DNA of 64,000 nt from Schizochytrium sp. TIO01 (taxonomy: Eukaryota > Protista > Bigyra: Labyrinthulomycetes). The position numbers were made by a program, and so were the translations under genes. The first letter of the stretch is position 1; each line of letters begins with the position of its first letter. Below are positions 1 through 13,020 of this stretch, piece by piece. The DNA is taken from positions 7,484,761 through 7,548,760 of the forward strand of contig SMSO01000031.1 of the NCBI GenBank assembly GCA_004764695.1, in the 5' to 3' direction. The notes under the pieces were generated by a model that was not told where the DNA came from, ran no database searches, and saw only the letters and a list, made by a program, of their open reading frames with translations.

Positions 1-1
1 T

Positions 2-2660
2 GACCGATACTGGTGCAGGGAAAACTCAGGAACATATATCATCTCTATGACTGCAGCCCCAGACGGACCTGCGTCTTCGCCTCCAGATAGCGAGCTCACA
101 TATATGTCTGCGACAATCATGCCTGGACGCGCTGGTACTTCTAAGGTTGTCATGGAGATCTCTGTAAAACTTGGTGGATGGCTTCAATACATGCGCCCAC
201 TCGCACATGCGCAAGCTGTTAGTATGGTCAGGTGTCTGGGGGAACTTAAAGAACTTGCTGAAGCACCCCCAAGCCTACGGGACCCCGAGGCTCACTCACA
301 CTGCTTGCCATTCCATTGCGAATTACAGGAAGCTCTCGATACGGCCTTGCAGAAGAACTCAATGCTTTTGCGAAGCCCGATTGCGCTTGTGGCTACCTTG
401 CGCGAATGTGTGACTTCAATGCGTGATTTGACTGACGACGAGCGTGAACTTGAGCGTGCACGTAAGCTTATGAAGAGCCAGCAAACTAAATCTCACTTAA
501 GCGAAGCAAGTCGTACAGCCAGCTCGTCCTCTTCGTCTGGTTTGCAGCGAAAACAAAGTGCCGACTTTGATGTGAGTAACCCGGCCGAGACCTCCGTGCC
601 TTCAAAAGCATCTTCGTCAACTGGTGCTGAAGAAAAGTCCGCTAATTCTGTTTCTAATGTTTCAGAGAAGAAGGAACTTAACTTCGAGTACGGAATGCCT
701 CGCAACAATTATATCATGCCTATGTCTATTTCTAAGGACGGTGTTTCGGCATGGTGGGATTCGGGTATCGAGGAAGGGTTTTGGAGTGTCCGTGGCCCAA
801 ACTACCTCGAAGATCGTGTCAAGGTTCCTAACAAAACATCTGCAATGGAACTTGTGCAAATCCAATGGTCATTTTACGATCAGCCTAAACGAAACATTGC
901 AAAGGACCCGAATGAACTCGTGCAGCTTCAGCACGAAGGACGCAGTGACAGACCCTTCATGCTTGTCATCAATTTTATGGTACCCACGATTGGCAACTAT
1001 GTTATGTACCTTGTCAAGCGACGCACTGTTGATTACCCCCGCTTCAATCGTATGTTGCAAGAGTTTATTAATGGGGATGACACTTTCCGCAACAGCAAGT
1101 TTAAAATTATTCCTAATGTGGTGTCGGGCTCTTACATTGCCAAAAAGGGTATTGGCAGTACACCTGCTATTCTTGGCAAAAAGATTGTGACAGAGTACTA
1201 TAAAGGTGATAATTGGTTTGAGATTTGCGTAGATGTTGGCTCCAGTAAGGTTGCAGGAAGTCTTATGGGTCTAGTCAAAAGTTATGCAGCAAATCTTGTC
1301 ATTGATCTCGCTTTTCTGTTTGAATCACAGAAACCCGAGGAGCTTCCCGAGGTTCTCATCACAGGTTGTCGAATGCACAAACCGCTAATGTACCCCACAG
1401 ATAATTTATCTGCAGAGTACGCGAAGAGCGAGGAGCTTTATCAGAAAGCCATGGAGTTTCCTCCCGAGGCCAAACCGCAGGAGCCTAGTGCGGAGGAAGC
1501 CGTAGTAGAGAACAATTCGTCTGCTGAGTCCTCTGAAAAACCTCCCCCCCTCATCTCCCGAAGGCAATAAAGAAGCTGTTCTAGATGAAGATACGAACCC
1601 TCCAAACAAGGAAACCTCCAAAATAGAAATTGACCCTTCGAAAGCTAGTGAGTCTTCTCCTCCGTCTAAGAAGGACCCAGTTGCCGGGGAGGACAGTGAC
1701 AAGACTTCAAAGGCTGACCATGTACCAACAGAGAGCGCCACACTGGAGGGCACTAATGTTGGCAAGGAAAGTGCTAGCGATGCACCAGCGGTCCTCGCCA
1801 CCGAAGATGATTCAAGCACGGAAGCAGAGAAAGAACAAGAAGAAAAGCCCTCCCTCAACTACAAGTACGCTATTCCGCACGAAAATAATTTTCTCGTGCC
1901 CATGGAGAAGAGCAAGAATGGAGAGACCGCCGTCTCCGATTCTGGTTCTCTGGAGGGCTACCACCGTGTGCGCGGGCCGACATACCTTGACGACGGTGTG
2001 AAAGTCCCTTCCAAGATCTCTGCAATGGAATTGGTTGCTTGCCAATGGTCTTTCTACCCCGTTGCCAAGAAGAACATTTCTGCTGATAAAGATGAGTTAA
2101 TCCAGCGCCAGCAAGTTGGACGTAAGGATCGCCCTTTCCTCTTGGTTGTCAATTTTGCTGTGCCTCTTGGCAGCGGTGAGGGTGTAAACATGGTGGCGTA
2201 CTTCGCGAAGCGCCGCGGAGCCGAGGATGCTAACTTTGACCGCATGCTGAAGGACTTCATCTCCAAAGACGACGCCTACCGGAACTCTCGCTTCAAAATT
2301 ATTCCAAGCGTCACCGAGGGCTATTTCATCGCACGCCGAGCAATCGGTTCCAAGCCTGCTATTTTGGGTAGAAAGATCACCACCGAATACTATGCGGGTG
2401 ACAACTACTTTGAAATCTGCGTAGATGTTGGTTCATCGACCGTGGCGGAGAGCCTGATGGGGGTTGTTAAATCGTATGCAAGCTCCATGGTGCTGGATCT
2501 GGCGTTCTTGTTTGAGGCTGCGAAGCGAGATGAACTACCTGAACGGATTCTCGGCGCCACGCGATTCCATCATCCTCTGATGTTTCCCATGAACCCTATT
2601 CCCTTCCGCGAGACCTATGTCCGTGAGGATGATGACGAGGAGGAGGACTCGCGTAACTAA
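2..2660 (+). CDS. 5'-partial EDR2-like protein: C-terminal part of a START domain plus two tandem EDR2_C (DUF1336) domains; ORFs 47-1570 and 1896-2660 join via a +1 frameshift at the C-run 1544-1550 (~885 aa in window)
   Basis: The frame is open from base 2 (DRYWCRENSGTYIIS...VKLGGW), resembling the EDR2 START motif RYWxxxxxGxY. There are two homologous blocks: VRGPNYLEDRVKVP...FKIIPNVVSGSYIAKKGIGSTPAILGKK...FEICVDVGSS...LVIDLAFLFE...ELPE and VRGPTYLDDGVKVP...FKIIPSVTEGYFIARRAIGSKPAILGRK...FEICVDVGSS...MVLDLAFLFE...ELPE. Removing one C at CCT CCCCCCC TCA gives a continuous acidic linker (SSPEGNKEAVLDEDT...) in frame with the second ORF. Confidence 0.88.
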
Positions 2661-4692
2661 AAACACTAGCATAACCACGGCTCGGTCATTAGAATGTTCA
2701 ACACAAAACTACATTTCCCATTTCTGTCTAAGGAGATCATTGAGCTAGATATTCTACCATTTGTGGACAAAATGTTTTGTGAATGCCGGAGTAGCGAAGA
2801 GTGCAAACGTTCGCACTGTGGTCAGGCTCACTTTTATTTGTTATAAAGAAAAGTAAGAAAAGTAAGAAGTGAAATTAAAAGAACAATTGTTATGGTTCAT
2901 AGTTCTTAGAAAGTTGAAGATGCAAGTAGGTAGGCAATAGCTTGGGAGTCAAGGTGCTTTTCTATTTTAAAACCTGAACTAGAAAAGGGCTAGACGGGAT
3001 GGTCTATATAATTATTAGTAAATCTGCATTCGATAATATTCCTCCTCAGATGCTCATTCCTCGCTCGTGTACACATTGTAAAATTGTTCACAGCTTTCGA
3101 GAACACGGTGTTTCGAAGAGAGTGTGCTAATAATAATCTTGTTTTAAATTAAAAGAATACGTATTGCTAAGCTAGAAAGTTTTCTGTTTTTTGTGTTTTT
3201 TTGTTTTTGTTTTTAAGATACTGAATAAGCCCATTCTCGAGGCAAGGTAAGTATTTCTCACGGAAAGCTTAAGCGTGATATGCGGTCAGAGGATATTGCG
3301 ATCGGTTGTGATGTAAAGAGTCGTTGGTTAACCAAAACAAATGATAACATAAATGGTGAAGTTTCAAATTCCTAATATTTACGATTTGAGGGTGCCGGGA
3401 AAATAATATAATAAAAAACTATATAGACCTATATATATTCACAGTCAATCGAATAGTGTATTTTCACTTTTTATTTTTTACTTGGATAAATTAAAGGAAA
3501 AGGAAAAGAAGTAAGAAGAAAAAGTAAAATATAGAGAAACGAAAATATTTAATCAATACTTTATATTTCAAGTTTACGTCGTCGCACCGGGACTAAGGTG
3601 ATTAAGGAATTACCACAGAATAAGACAGAAAAGAAGAGAAATTCTAGTTCATTGTAACATAATTTTACGGTGCTTCTGCGGTGAATTGACATGGAGATTA
3701 AATTCAGATCTTACTTTCTCATCTTTTAAAATGCGGAGGCAAAGAGGTAGCAAGGTAGTTCCAATCGCGATGATATTTTGCATCGTTGCACCAGAAAGGA
3801 ATTTAGATTTGATTGGAAACCTTGTGTAGGGTTAAGCATATGTTTGTTGAAAAGAAGAAAAAAAAATTCTTATAACAAGTCATTTCTGATTCGTCTTCTA
3901 CTGTAAAAGATCATCTCCTCAAATTATTTCTTTACAAAAAAATAACACTGTATCCAGATAACCTGACGTGCTCATGTTTTCACGGACGCACCTTGTGCCC
4001 TCCAAGTCCCATTTTAGGGACACAGTGCGTCTACATTGTCCGGGTTGTGAAAGAGAAGATACCCCTGGTTGAACGGTGGTGCCACTAGGTTCTCTCAAGA
4101 TCCTTTAAAGACTTTGCTGTAGCAAAGCTCATGTGCGTTCGGCTCTGGTTTGTTGTTTCGCGGTGTTAAAAACGCCACTCCCTTTCACCGACACTGGTCA
4201 AATGCACGAGTCAAGCTCGATCTCTACCATGTGGATGCACAAAGCGGGGCACCTCTCCTCATAAATCACTCCTCCTTTTACCCCCAAAGAAGCACTAGCT
4301 CTGACTATGCAAAATCAAGCCAGGTGCTCGAGCATCATACCCGCGCTTGGCTGCGGATCGGCCCATACTTGGGATCGCCTAGAAACGCAGATTTCATGTG
4401 TCAAGCGCTTACAGTACCTTGCCTCACTAACAATCGCACCACATGAGTTTCGCGTCATTAATTGATTTTAACTCTCACGTTGGCCATATATTATGTCCGC
4501 GAACTCAATGCACCACGTCTAATTGAGCTATATGAAGTCACACTTCGGTTGGCAATTAAATTCTGCATGAAGTGCGGGGAAAGCCATGATGAAAGGACTC
4601 ATTATGCTTCGCAACTTCGCCAGGCCCAGGCATGGTAGTTCTAGCTATCCTCCAACAGAAGAAGAGCTAACGATTGCATACTAAGTAGCGAA

Positions 4693-6004
4693 CTAGGTAG
4701 TAGAGAATTTACGCCGCTTGTTAGCAGTCAGCACTGCGCCACTATTGGTACTATTGCTGCTATTGCCACTGGTGGTTGTTGTTGTTGACGCTGCTGCTGC
4801 AGTGGCTTGTTGCAACTCTTGTTGTACATTGGCACCGCAATAGAGAACACCAGCACACCACTGAATGAAGAGATCGCGAACCTGAGTGGCTCTATCGTCA
4901 TCCATGTTGAAAAAGAAATCTGACATGGGCCAGAGGCCGATCACATGAGGATGCGCGACAGTAAGCTCTAATAGCTTGCCGTAGTGACGTTGTCCAATTC
5001 GCTGGATCTCACCTCGAACAAAGGGAATACTTTGGCCATTTGCGAAAGTGCGAAAAGAGACACTACTTAGGCGTCCGGCCGCGGAAGCCCACTCACGCGC
5101 ACGTTGAACCGCTATTTGGTGGTTCATGCTTTTGATCTCACTCAGTTTTGCGTCAATAGCTCTTGCCAGCTCAGCGGCATCTGGATCTTGGTTATTTGTG
5201 TCACCAGTTGATTGGAGCTTGTTCACAAAATCATATACTTGAGTAAGATTAGAGGGAAGGGCCTTTTGTGTCTTGTCCGAAAGCGCCCTGCACACCTCAA
5301 GCACACTGTCAGCAGTGGTTTTCACTGAACGAAGGCGACCCTTTGCGGTTTCATTGCGGTTGGTCCTCTTCTTGCAACTTTGTATTAAACCTGAGAGTCC
5401 GCGCGCACCTATCAACGCTTGCACAGGTGTCATCTCTGAATCAATATTTTGCAAATGTTTAGCAATGCTCTTCACATCATGCTCAGCATTACCAGCTTGT
5501 AGTTCATCTTGAGACTGTTGGTTCGCCTCGCGTTGTAGAACCTGTTGCTGTTGCTGCTGCAAAAGTAGCAACTGGTGATTGGGCTGTTGAGTTTGTGTGT
5601 TTTGACTGGGAGGGAATAGTAAAGGAAGACGGTGTCCTGCCATGGGCGGGAAAACCCTTGCTTGATTATTTGCACCTAGCTGCAGCACTTCAAGGGGTAC
5701 ACCACTTCGGTGCAACATTGAGCTTTCAATTTGGACACTGCTTGAAGCTGGAGAAAACGAACGAGTAGAATTAGCTGCCAAGCTGCCTTGCGCATCTTGC
5801 TGCTGATCTTGCTGCTGCTTGCTGCTGCTGTTGTTGCTGCTGTTGCTGCTGCTGCCGCAGTTGTTGTTGCAGAAGCTGTTGTTGCTGATGTCCTTGCAAT
5901 GCTGACATTCCTCGATATGGCAAGTAGCTTCCTAAAAAGTCTCCGGTCAATCCGCGTCCCAAGGGAAAAAGAGATGCTGCAGAGGGGCCAACAGGGGAGG
6001 AGGA

Positions 6005-6039
<35 letters not shown>

Positions 6040-7026
6040 GGAAGAAGAGGAGGACGTAGCTACAGCAGCATGGCCCGCAGCTGTTGCAGATGATGCCATA
6101 GATTGCGAAGATCCTCCCTGAAGAGCTGATAATACATCTTGAGGACTTGGGCGAGCCATGGAAGCAGCCAGTGCAGATGTTGGCGAGTTTCCATGACTGT
6201 TATTCTCTTCATGTCTTGAAGTGTTCCCTGAAGATGATAAGCTTTGTTGCTGAGCAATAACTTGTTGGGGAAGTGTAGAATTTCCAGAAGAGGATGATGA
6301 TGCAAGTGAGGATCTTGCTGGAAAGGGATTTGTAGGCAAATTGAAGGAAGTGTTGGGCAGATTGGCAAGGAAGTTTGATCTTGACGCAGACGAAGAGGTT
6401 TGGCCAGGTTCAATCCGCAGGCCATCTTGTTGGGCTAGAGCGCGAGCTTGCGCTTGTGCTTGTGCCTGCTGGAATTGACGCTGGCTGGGTATGAGTATTC
6501 CAGTATGATAGGCAGCAAGCGACCAGAACTGGGTTTGTTGTTGTTGTTGTTGCTGCTGCTGCTGCTGCTGTTGCTGTTGTTGTTGTTGTTGTTGTTGCTG
6601 CTGCTGTTGTTGTTGTTGTTGTTGCTGCTGCTGTTGGATCTGCTGGAGCTCATTCAGGCGATTATCATCAGATGACGAAAACTGGGAGTTGAGGAAGGTG
6701 TTATTGGACGAGGTTGCAGCCGCCGCGGCTGCGGCAGCGAGAGCGTTTGAAGCGTCCGAAAATTGAGCCATGCTCCAAACATTGGGCTGTTGTTGCATAA
6801 ACTGTTGCTGTCGTAGGGTAGCTGAGGAAGAAATACTATTGCTGCTGGTACTGCTGGTACCATTACTGCTGCTAGAAATACTATTTATTGTATCGTTGGC
6901 ACCATCGATGCGGTGATTTGGGGTCGTTGGTGACTCACTCAAGGCAGCTGATGAAGCACCTTGATCTGATCTCGAAGCGGAGGAGCGCTTGCTGCCACCG
7001 CCGCGAGCATCATCGTGAGCTTGCAT
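4693..7026 (-). CDS. Gene A: polyQ/polyS low-complexity protein with a divergent C-terminal 'WCAxxLY' domain and terminal NLS-like KRRK (~777 aa); putative transcription regulator; two compensating frameshifts (~6004 and ~5820)
   Basis: ORFs 5947-7035 and 4693-5781 are in the same frame and are bridged by the Q-rich frame of 5771-5962 (SPVGPSAASLFPLGRGLTGDFLGSYLPYRGMSALQGHQQQ...). First true ATG at 7026. Motif LFIQWCAGVLY, with WCAGVLY at 4840-4860; ends ANKRRKFSTT. Confidence 0.75.
6535..6635 (-). repeat. CAG/CAA trinucleotide tract encoding polyQ in gene A
   Basis: Mixed (ttg/ctg)n on the + strand; translates to more than 30 consecutive Gln. Confidence 0.95.
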
Positions 7027-7060
7027 ACCACGCAAGCCTACGAAGCGGTCTCCGTATTAT

Positions 7061-8038
7061 CTAAAATACAGAGCAAAAAATGGGACCAGGCAAGTAGTTG
7101 TGAGCACAGCAGAGAATGCACAAAGTAGGTTTTCGTCGTAATGCAATTGTGATAGGGTTGTGATTATATATGTGTGGTTTTTGCAAAAAGTGAAAGCACA
7201 GTGTTAGTCAAATGATCAGATTCTCGTATTGCGCCGTGTGGTTTGCCAGTCAGAAGAATTGATGATGAGACGAAAATACAAAAAGAGGATTAGAGTGAGA
7301 GAGACAGATGATTGTACCTCTGCGGTTATTCTTGCATATGTTTGGCTGTGTTCTGCCTTCTTTCTCTCTTTCTTTCCTTTTTGCTCTTTTTTCAGGACTT
7401 CTCCAGAGTACTCGGATGGTCCTATAGAGCAAAAGGCCAGCTTCAGCTTTTAACAGGGTTGCTAATGATTTCCCTTTCTTCTTGTTCTTCTTCTGATTTC
7501 GCGCTCTTAGACAAGATTTACTTCTGTTCTCCCTACTAGTACAAGGTTTACAATATGCACAGAAAACTATAGGGCAGCCCAGATTGTGTATATAGTCACC
7601 AAGGCGAGCGATTACAGAAGCGAAGGTTGTTGCAAAGACGTACTGCCTGCCAAACAAGATGCTTCTTCTTCACACGCCAGTCTTGCAGAGGACGTGAAAT
7701 CCTTGTGCACTTGTTCAGACTGTTTGGCTTCTGCCTAAAAGTCGTATCCAGCAAACTTGACAGGCGTATTTATGTATATCAGCTGGTCAAGAGAGCCTTT
7801 GCCAATAGCCCTTAAGCACAGCGTATCAACAAGCGCGTTAACACCTCGCAAGAAGCACAGCGGAAGACAAAGCCTGGCAGCGAATGACGCAGCGAGCGTA
7901 GACCAGATAAGAAACAACGACCAAGAGAAGAGAAGACTGAGGAGGAGGAGGCGGGAGAATGAGAGAACGAGAGAATGAGAAAACAAACAAACAAACAATA
8001 GTGCGCCACAATACCCTTGTGTGCTAGGCAGCACTTAC
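7061..8038 (-). other. Probable 5'-UTR intron of gene A (~978 nt)
   Basis: Minus-strand donor CTGG|GTAAGT at 8038 and pyrimidine-rich acceptor TTTTTTGCTCTGTATTTTAG| ending at 7061, just upstream of the ATG at 7026. A TATATT element lies at ~8176-8181, above a short GC-rich putative first exon. Confidence 0.5.
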
Positions 8039-8706
8039 CCAGCGCTCAGAGGCGATCGTCGAGTTTGCCGTGGTCTCCGTGGGAGTTGAGCAGGTGTGGT
8101 TCGTCCCAGGCGGCGATAGCCTCGCGTTGACTCTGCGGACAGCAAGGCTGTGCACGTCGGCGCGCGAGCGGCTCAATATATGGAATGTATCGTTTTTCCC
8201 TCCATCTTTTCCGTCATATATGCTTTCCCCCTTTTTTTAATTTTATAATAAAAAAAATTATAAAACAAAAAAGTTCCTCTTTCCTTTGTTTTTCTGTTCT
8301 TTAATTTCATGCTTGGGTTGATTGATTGATTTTTACGCCATCCTTATTCGCCCTCGCTGCTCTCCTTTCGTTCCGAGCCACCTCCTCATTGGATGCAGGC
8401 TTCCGAGTCGTATCGTCTTACCTCCTGGATCCTCTGGCTCCGATCTGGAGTCGAGGCGAGGTTTGGCGGCAATTTTGTTCTTTGCCTGGTGCTGCCTTTT
8501 ACTTCACTTAAAAGGCAAGTGGGAATCAGGAAAAGAGAAGAGTAGAAAAGCAGCAAACGACGCCAAGTGTATCAAAGTACAATACACCAGAGGAGAAAGA
8601 AGAGGTTGAATGCGGAAGAAGGCAAGCAAGGCGTCCACAGGCAGCCACCGCGAGCACGATAAACCCACAAGGGAATCCAAAATAGAAGCCAAAATGGTCG
8701 GTCGCC

Positions 8707-8741
<35 letters not shown>

Positions 8742-9621
8742 AACGTGAAGAGGGTGAAAGAGGATGCCGAAGATCACAGCCGACCGACAGAACGTGACAT
8801 ATCAGGAGAAGAGGAAGAAAGCATGCTAAAAAGGAGGAATGAAAGAAGTAGAAAGAAAAAAAGCCAAGCCACGCAAAGCAAAGCAAAGAAGAGGAGGAAG
8901 AGGAAGGAGGAAAGACCTATAATTCCTTCTTTCCTTGCTTGCTTTCAGAGGCGACATACTTGAAGAGGTACGAAAGAAAAAGGACAGAGAAATGAAGAAT
9001 GGAGCTGCGTCGTATTCGCGAGAAAGATGTCTAACAACAACTTAATCAAGGTGCCCCTCCGCCGGCGGAAGGAAAGCAAAGAAGCATGAGAAAGAGCAGC
9101 AGCAGGATGGCCAGAACGGAAAGGCTCGTTGTGGTGAGTTACGAATCTTATCCCCTTACTGACGGCTTGACTGACAGACTGACCGTCTGAAGAAAGCTAT
9201 AGCTTCTCTCTCCTGCAGCTACGCTTGCGCTCGTGCTCTCGAAATGCCCCCTTTCCTCTCTCTCTGCGACAACTTCCTTGAGCCGAACGAAACTCCTTTT
9301 CTTTCAGCAGTTTCTGCGCGGCATCGTGATCGACCGAGGAATGTTTTCGACTTCTGTCTTTTCTCCAACACCACGATGGTTTGTTGATCACCTGCGTCGC
9401 AAAATTCCACCTTAGGTTTCGCGGAGAGAAGAATCGCATTCGCTTTTGACGCCCTTGACCTGTCGATCTGCTTTGGAGCAGGCATAATTTGGTTGGCTCC
9501 TCATTGCATCATTTATTTCTTCCTTGCGCGTGGGCATTTCTTACATTTCTTAAGTTGGAATCCTCCTCTTTTTCTATTTTGACCACCAGTGAAAAGCGAA
9601 CGACGGAAAGACAGATTCAAA

Positions 9622-9654
<33 letters not shown>

Positions 9655-12099
9655 CTGACAGACTTGATGACACACCAAAGAGAGAGCGACCATTGATATT
9701 TTATACAACTTTGTGTTAAGGAGATTTAGCAGCAACAAAATATTTGCAACTGGGTCTGTCTCTACCAACAAAGAGAGAAGAAGCACTTAATATCGCGAGA
9801 AGGTGGAAAGGAATTTTTGAGGGCGTAGGTATCTCGTCTAGTCGGCCAGATCGATACGTACGCACGCACGTGGATAAACTCGCTGGCTGAACGAGGAGCT
9901 ATTCTCCAAGAGGAGAGAGAGGCCATGCGAGCTATTCTTCGTTTTTACTTCATCATGATTTACTCTTTGTGTCTTATTTCAATTTATCTGCAGGAAGGTG
10001 ACCTGTGTGTATATTGTCTGTCCAATCAATCTATCAATTAATTAATTAAAATTGATTGAATGATTGACATTGATTGAAGAAAGATGGGAGGAGGTCGCAT
10101 TCAAGGAAAACTTGAAGCTGTGTACTGTCTGTTGCCATTTTTGCGTCCACATAGCTGGGCGGCTAGCTCATGAATGAAGTTATGGCATGACCCGCAAGAC
10201 GACCGGGAACCTGGAGCAGGCGTCCGCAAGGTTGTAAGGCTGGCTTGGAACCATGTTGTACCCTCTTCCGTGAGATTCCAGTCGAGCTTGGCATGCTATG
10301 GGCTTTCCTTGCAAAAACCATAAGCAGATCCTAGTAGCAGCGTCTTTAAAAAATCAGTCGCTCCCTGCCGTAGTGAGATGTTCAACCAGACACAGGACTG
10401 ATGAAATAATAAATTCTTCATACTTCACATTTCGACTGCAGCTCCTCGCAGCAATCTACCTCACGCTGCTGCTTTGGCTAGCCAGGTTAGGCAGGTGGAT
10501 ACCTATTATCTTCTCTTCAATGTTTGCTGCTCCGGCTGCCGTCGCTGCCGCCTCCCAATCTGCCTGCCGATATTGTTTACATTAGTGTTGCTGGTGCTCC
10601 TCCCTCCTTTTATTGCTGTCTCATACATGATAACAAATGTGCCCTCGATCAATGGATCAACCAGAAAACTGAGAAAGGCAGGGAAACAAAAAAAAGGAAG
10701 AATTGGAACAGAGGCGAATAGTAACAATCCAACACTTACTTTGTGGAATAAGAGACAGAGAAAGAGAAAGAGAGCGGGTGAAATAAAAATTGCTGCGATA
10801 GTAAAAAGCAACTAAAACAAGTTTTTCTTTCGATTTATGAAAAAAGAAAAGCAAAGAATAAGAAAGCATAGAAAAGAGGAAAACCAAGATCGAACTAGCT
10901 CTTGATTCTAGTAGGAGTATTTATAATACCTACTAACAGCCTTCCTTTTTTCTTATTTCTTATTTCTTTCTTTTCACGCCTTGTTGTTATTCTTTTCTTC
11001 TCCTTCACTCACTTTTAAAGCAGAAGGTGTTTTGTCTTTTTCTTTGGTCTCTTTTTCTTTCTTTGCTTACACTCGACATCCTGCTCTGATCCATTTCTTG
11101 GACTGCACAGCCAACGATAACCTTTGGGTCTCCCTCGGCTTCGCGGCGGTCGCCTTCCCGGCTGCTGCTGTCGTCGCATAAAGCCTCCTGCCATCTCCTG
11201 CCATCTCCTGCCTGCCAATCTGTGTGCTGGTCCGCTGTTGCGTGAGCCCGGTCAGGGGACCCAACCAGGATGAAATAGACAAATAAATCACTTTTTCGGA
11301 AATGAGAAGGGCCTGAATGAGGAGTTCGATTGATTGATTGATTGTTCAATTCATTCCACTGCAATCCTCGCCTCCACTGCATCCACCCGAGTCCGCCCAT
11401 GGCTCAATGAGGCCTCCAATCGATCCCCCACCAGCATCATCTATCGATCCATCGACGAATCAGCCGCGCGAGCACCGCCGGCCCGTCCTATCTCGTGCCG
11501 CAACGGTAGCCAATGCCGCCCTCCCTCACGCACTTCAGGAACGCCGGCGATCAGATGTGATCAGGAGTTCTCGACTCGAATCAGATGTGATCAAGAGTTC
11601 GTTCATCCCTCACTCCTACATATAGGTGGGTGGGTAATAGTAGTTGTGAACTTGACAAGTAGTTGAAAAGTTCAAAGAGAAGAAATTGCCCCTTCACAAG
11701 ACAGCGCAGTCGCCGGCCTCAGACACAAACACGCAAGCGGGAGCAAACCAACAAGCGCCGTGGCCTTCTCCTCCCAGGCGTGTCTCCGCACGGCCTGTTC
11801 CGGAGGTCCCGTTCGACAGACAGGCCATTCGTTCGCATTCATGCTCATCACTGAGTATACCAGGTACCTTCTTCTACACCACTATCCATACAAAGAAAGC
11901 CAAGCTTGCGCCTGCCTGTCTGGTTCCGTTCTTTTCGGGACTGTTCCGTTCCTCGTTGGCCGTTCCGTTCCCTCAGCCGTTCTTTCTGAGTGAAATCCCA
12001 GAAAGATGGGGGAGAGAGTGAATGAACGAACGAATGAATGAATGAATGAATGAATGCATTCTAATTCGCACATGCGGGAATGGAATCCCTTGGAAGCCG

Positions 12100-12491
12100 C
12101 GAGCGAGGGAGGCTCTTCACCGGCTGCTAAGTTTTTGTCATCTGCGGCTGCTCAGGTGCCGGAAGCCAGAAATCTAGCGAGCAAGCGAGCAAGCCAGCCA
12201 GCCAATAGAAAAAGCAAGCTCGCGGGCGCCGAAAGGGTTCCCGAGCTAGCATAGCTTCCTTCGCAGAGGCGCTTCCAGCCATCCGCTCGAGCGTCCGCAG
12301 CGGTGTCCTCTCTCTCTAGTTGTCTCCTGCCTCTTCTTCCTCTGGAGCTGCTGCTGGATCACCAAGCTCGCGAGAAGGCCGACCTCCTCGGCCGCCGTCT
12401 CCGCCAGGGTCTCCGCGACCCGCCTGCGTCAAGCCATCCCCGTCAAGCTTGGTCTCTTCACTGGAGTTGCTGCAAATCTTGGTGATTCCAC

Positions 12492-12532
<41 letters not shown>

Positions 12533-13020
12533 ACATCGCCAACATCATCAACATCGTCAACTATCCATCTGGAGCCATGGCCCACACGCAGAGCGCCGCC
12601 GCCCAATGGCGAGTCGCGTTGGCCATTTGCCCTTCGTCGCCGTCTCTGTCCGCGTTGGAGCCGCGAAGAGGTTCGAAGGCCGTTCCTTCGTCTGCTGCAT
12701 TTCAAATTTCAAATTTCGAATTTCAAAAATTCAAATTCAAATTCAAATTCAAATTCAAATTCAAATTTCAAATTCAAATGTCGAATTTCAAACTTCAACT
12801 TTCAAATTCAAATTCCCAGAATCCTGCATCCAAGACTGGAAACCCGGAGCGTGCGGCCTTCGAGGCGCTCACAGGATGCCCCGAGGGCCTCCCAGGGGTG
12901 CCTTGCGGCCTCGGCGGCCGCCCCGCGAGGGCGCTTTGGCGCTTTGGCGTCTCCGCGAGCTCGGTCAGGCCTGACCTCGCCCCTGCTGGCACTTGGCGCG
13001 TGCCCCCCTTCTCTCTACAT
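12100..13020. promoter_or_regulatory. GC-rich island containing a (CAT)n tract, a TTCAAA array and E2F-like sites; putative regulatory element
   Basis: Strongly GC/CpG-rich relative to flanks. (CAT)n at ~12492-12530; about 14 TTCAAA copies at 12700-12815; TTTGGCGC at 12935-12942; TTGGCGCG at 12993-13000; palindrome GGTCAGGCCTGACC at 12963-12976. Confidence 0.4.
12700..12815. repeat. Imperfect (TTCAAA)n / (TTTGAA)n hexamer array
   Basis: Directly visible: about 14 TTCAAA units plus TTCGAA/TCGAA variants. Confidence 0.92.

Noticed and set aside
5935-5950. Stop-codon readthrough joining the two same-frame ORFs of gene A
   Set aside because: A second in-frame stop (TAG) follows the TGA within five codons, and the polyQ-coding sense lies in another frame.
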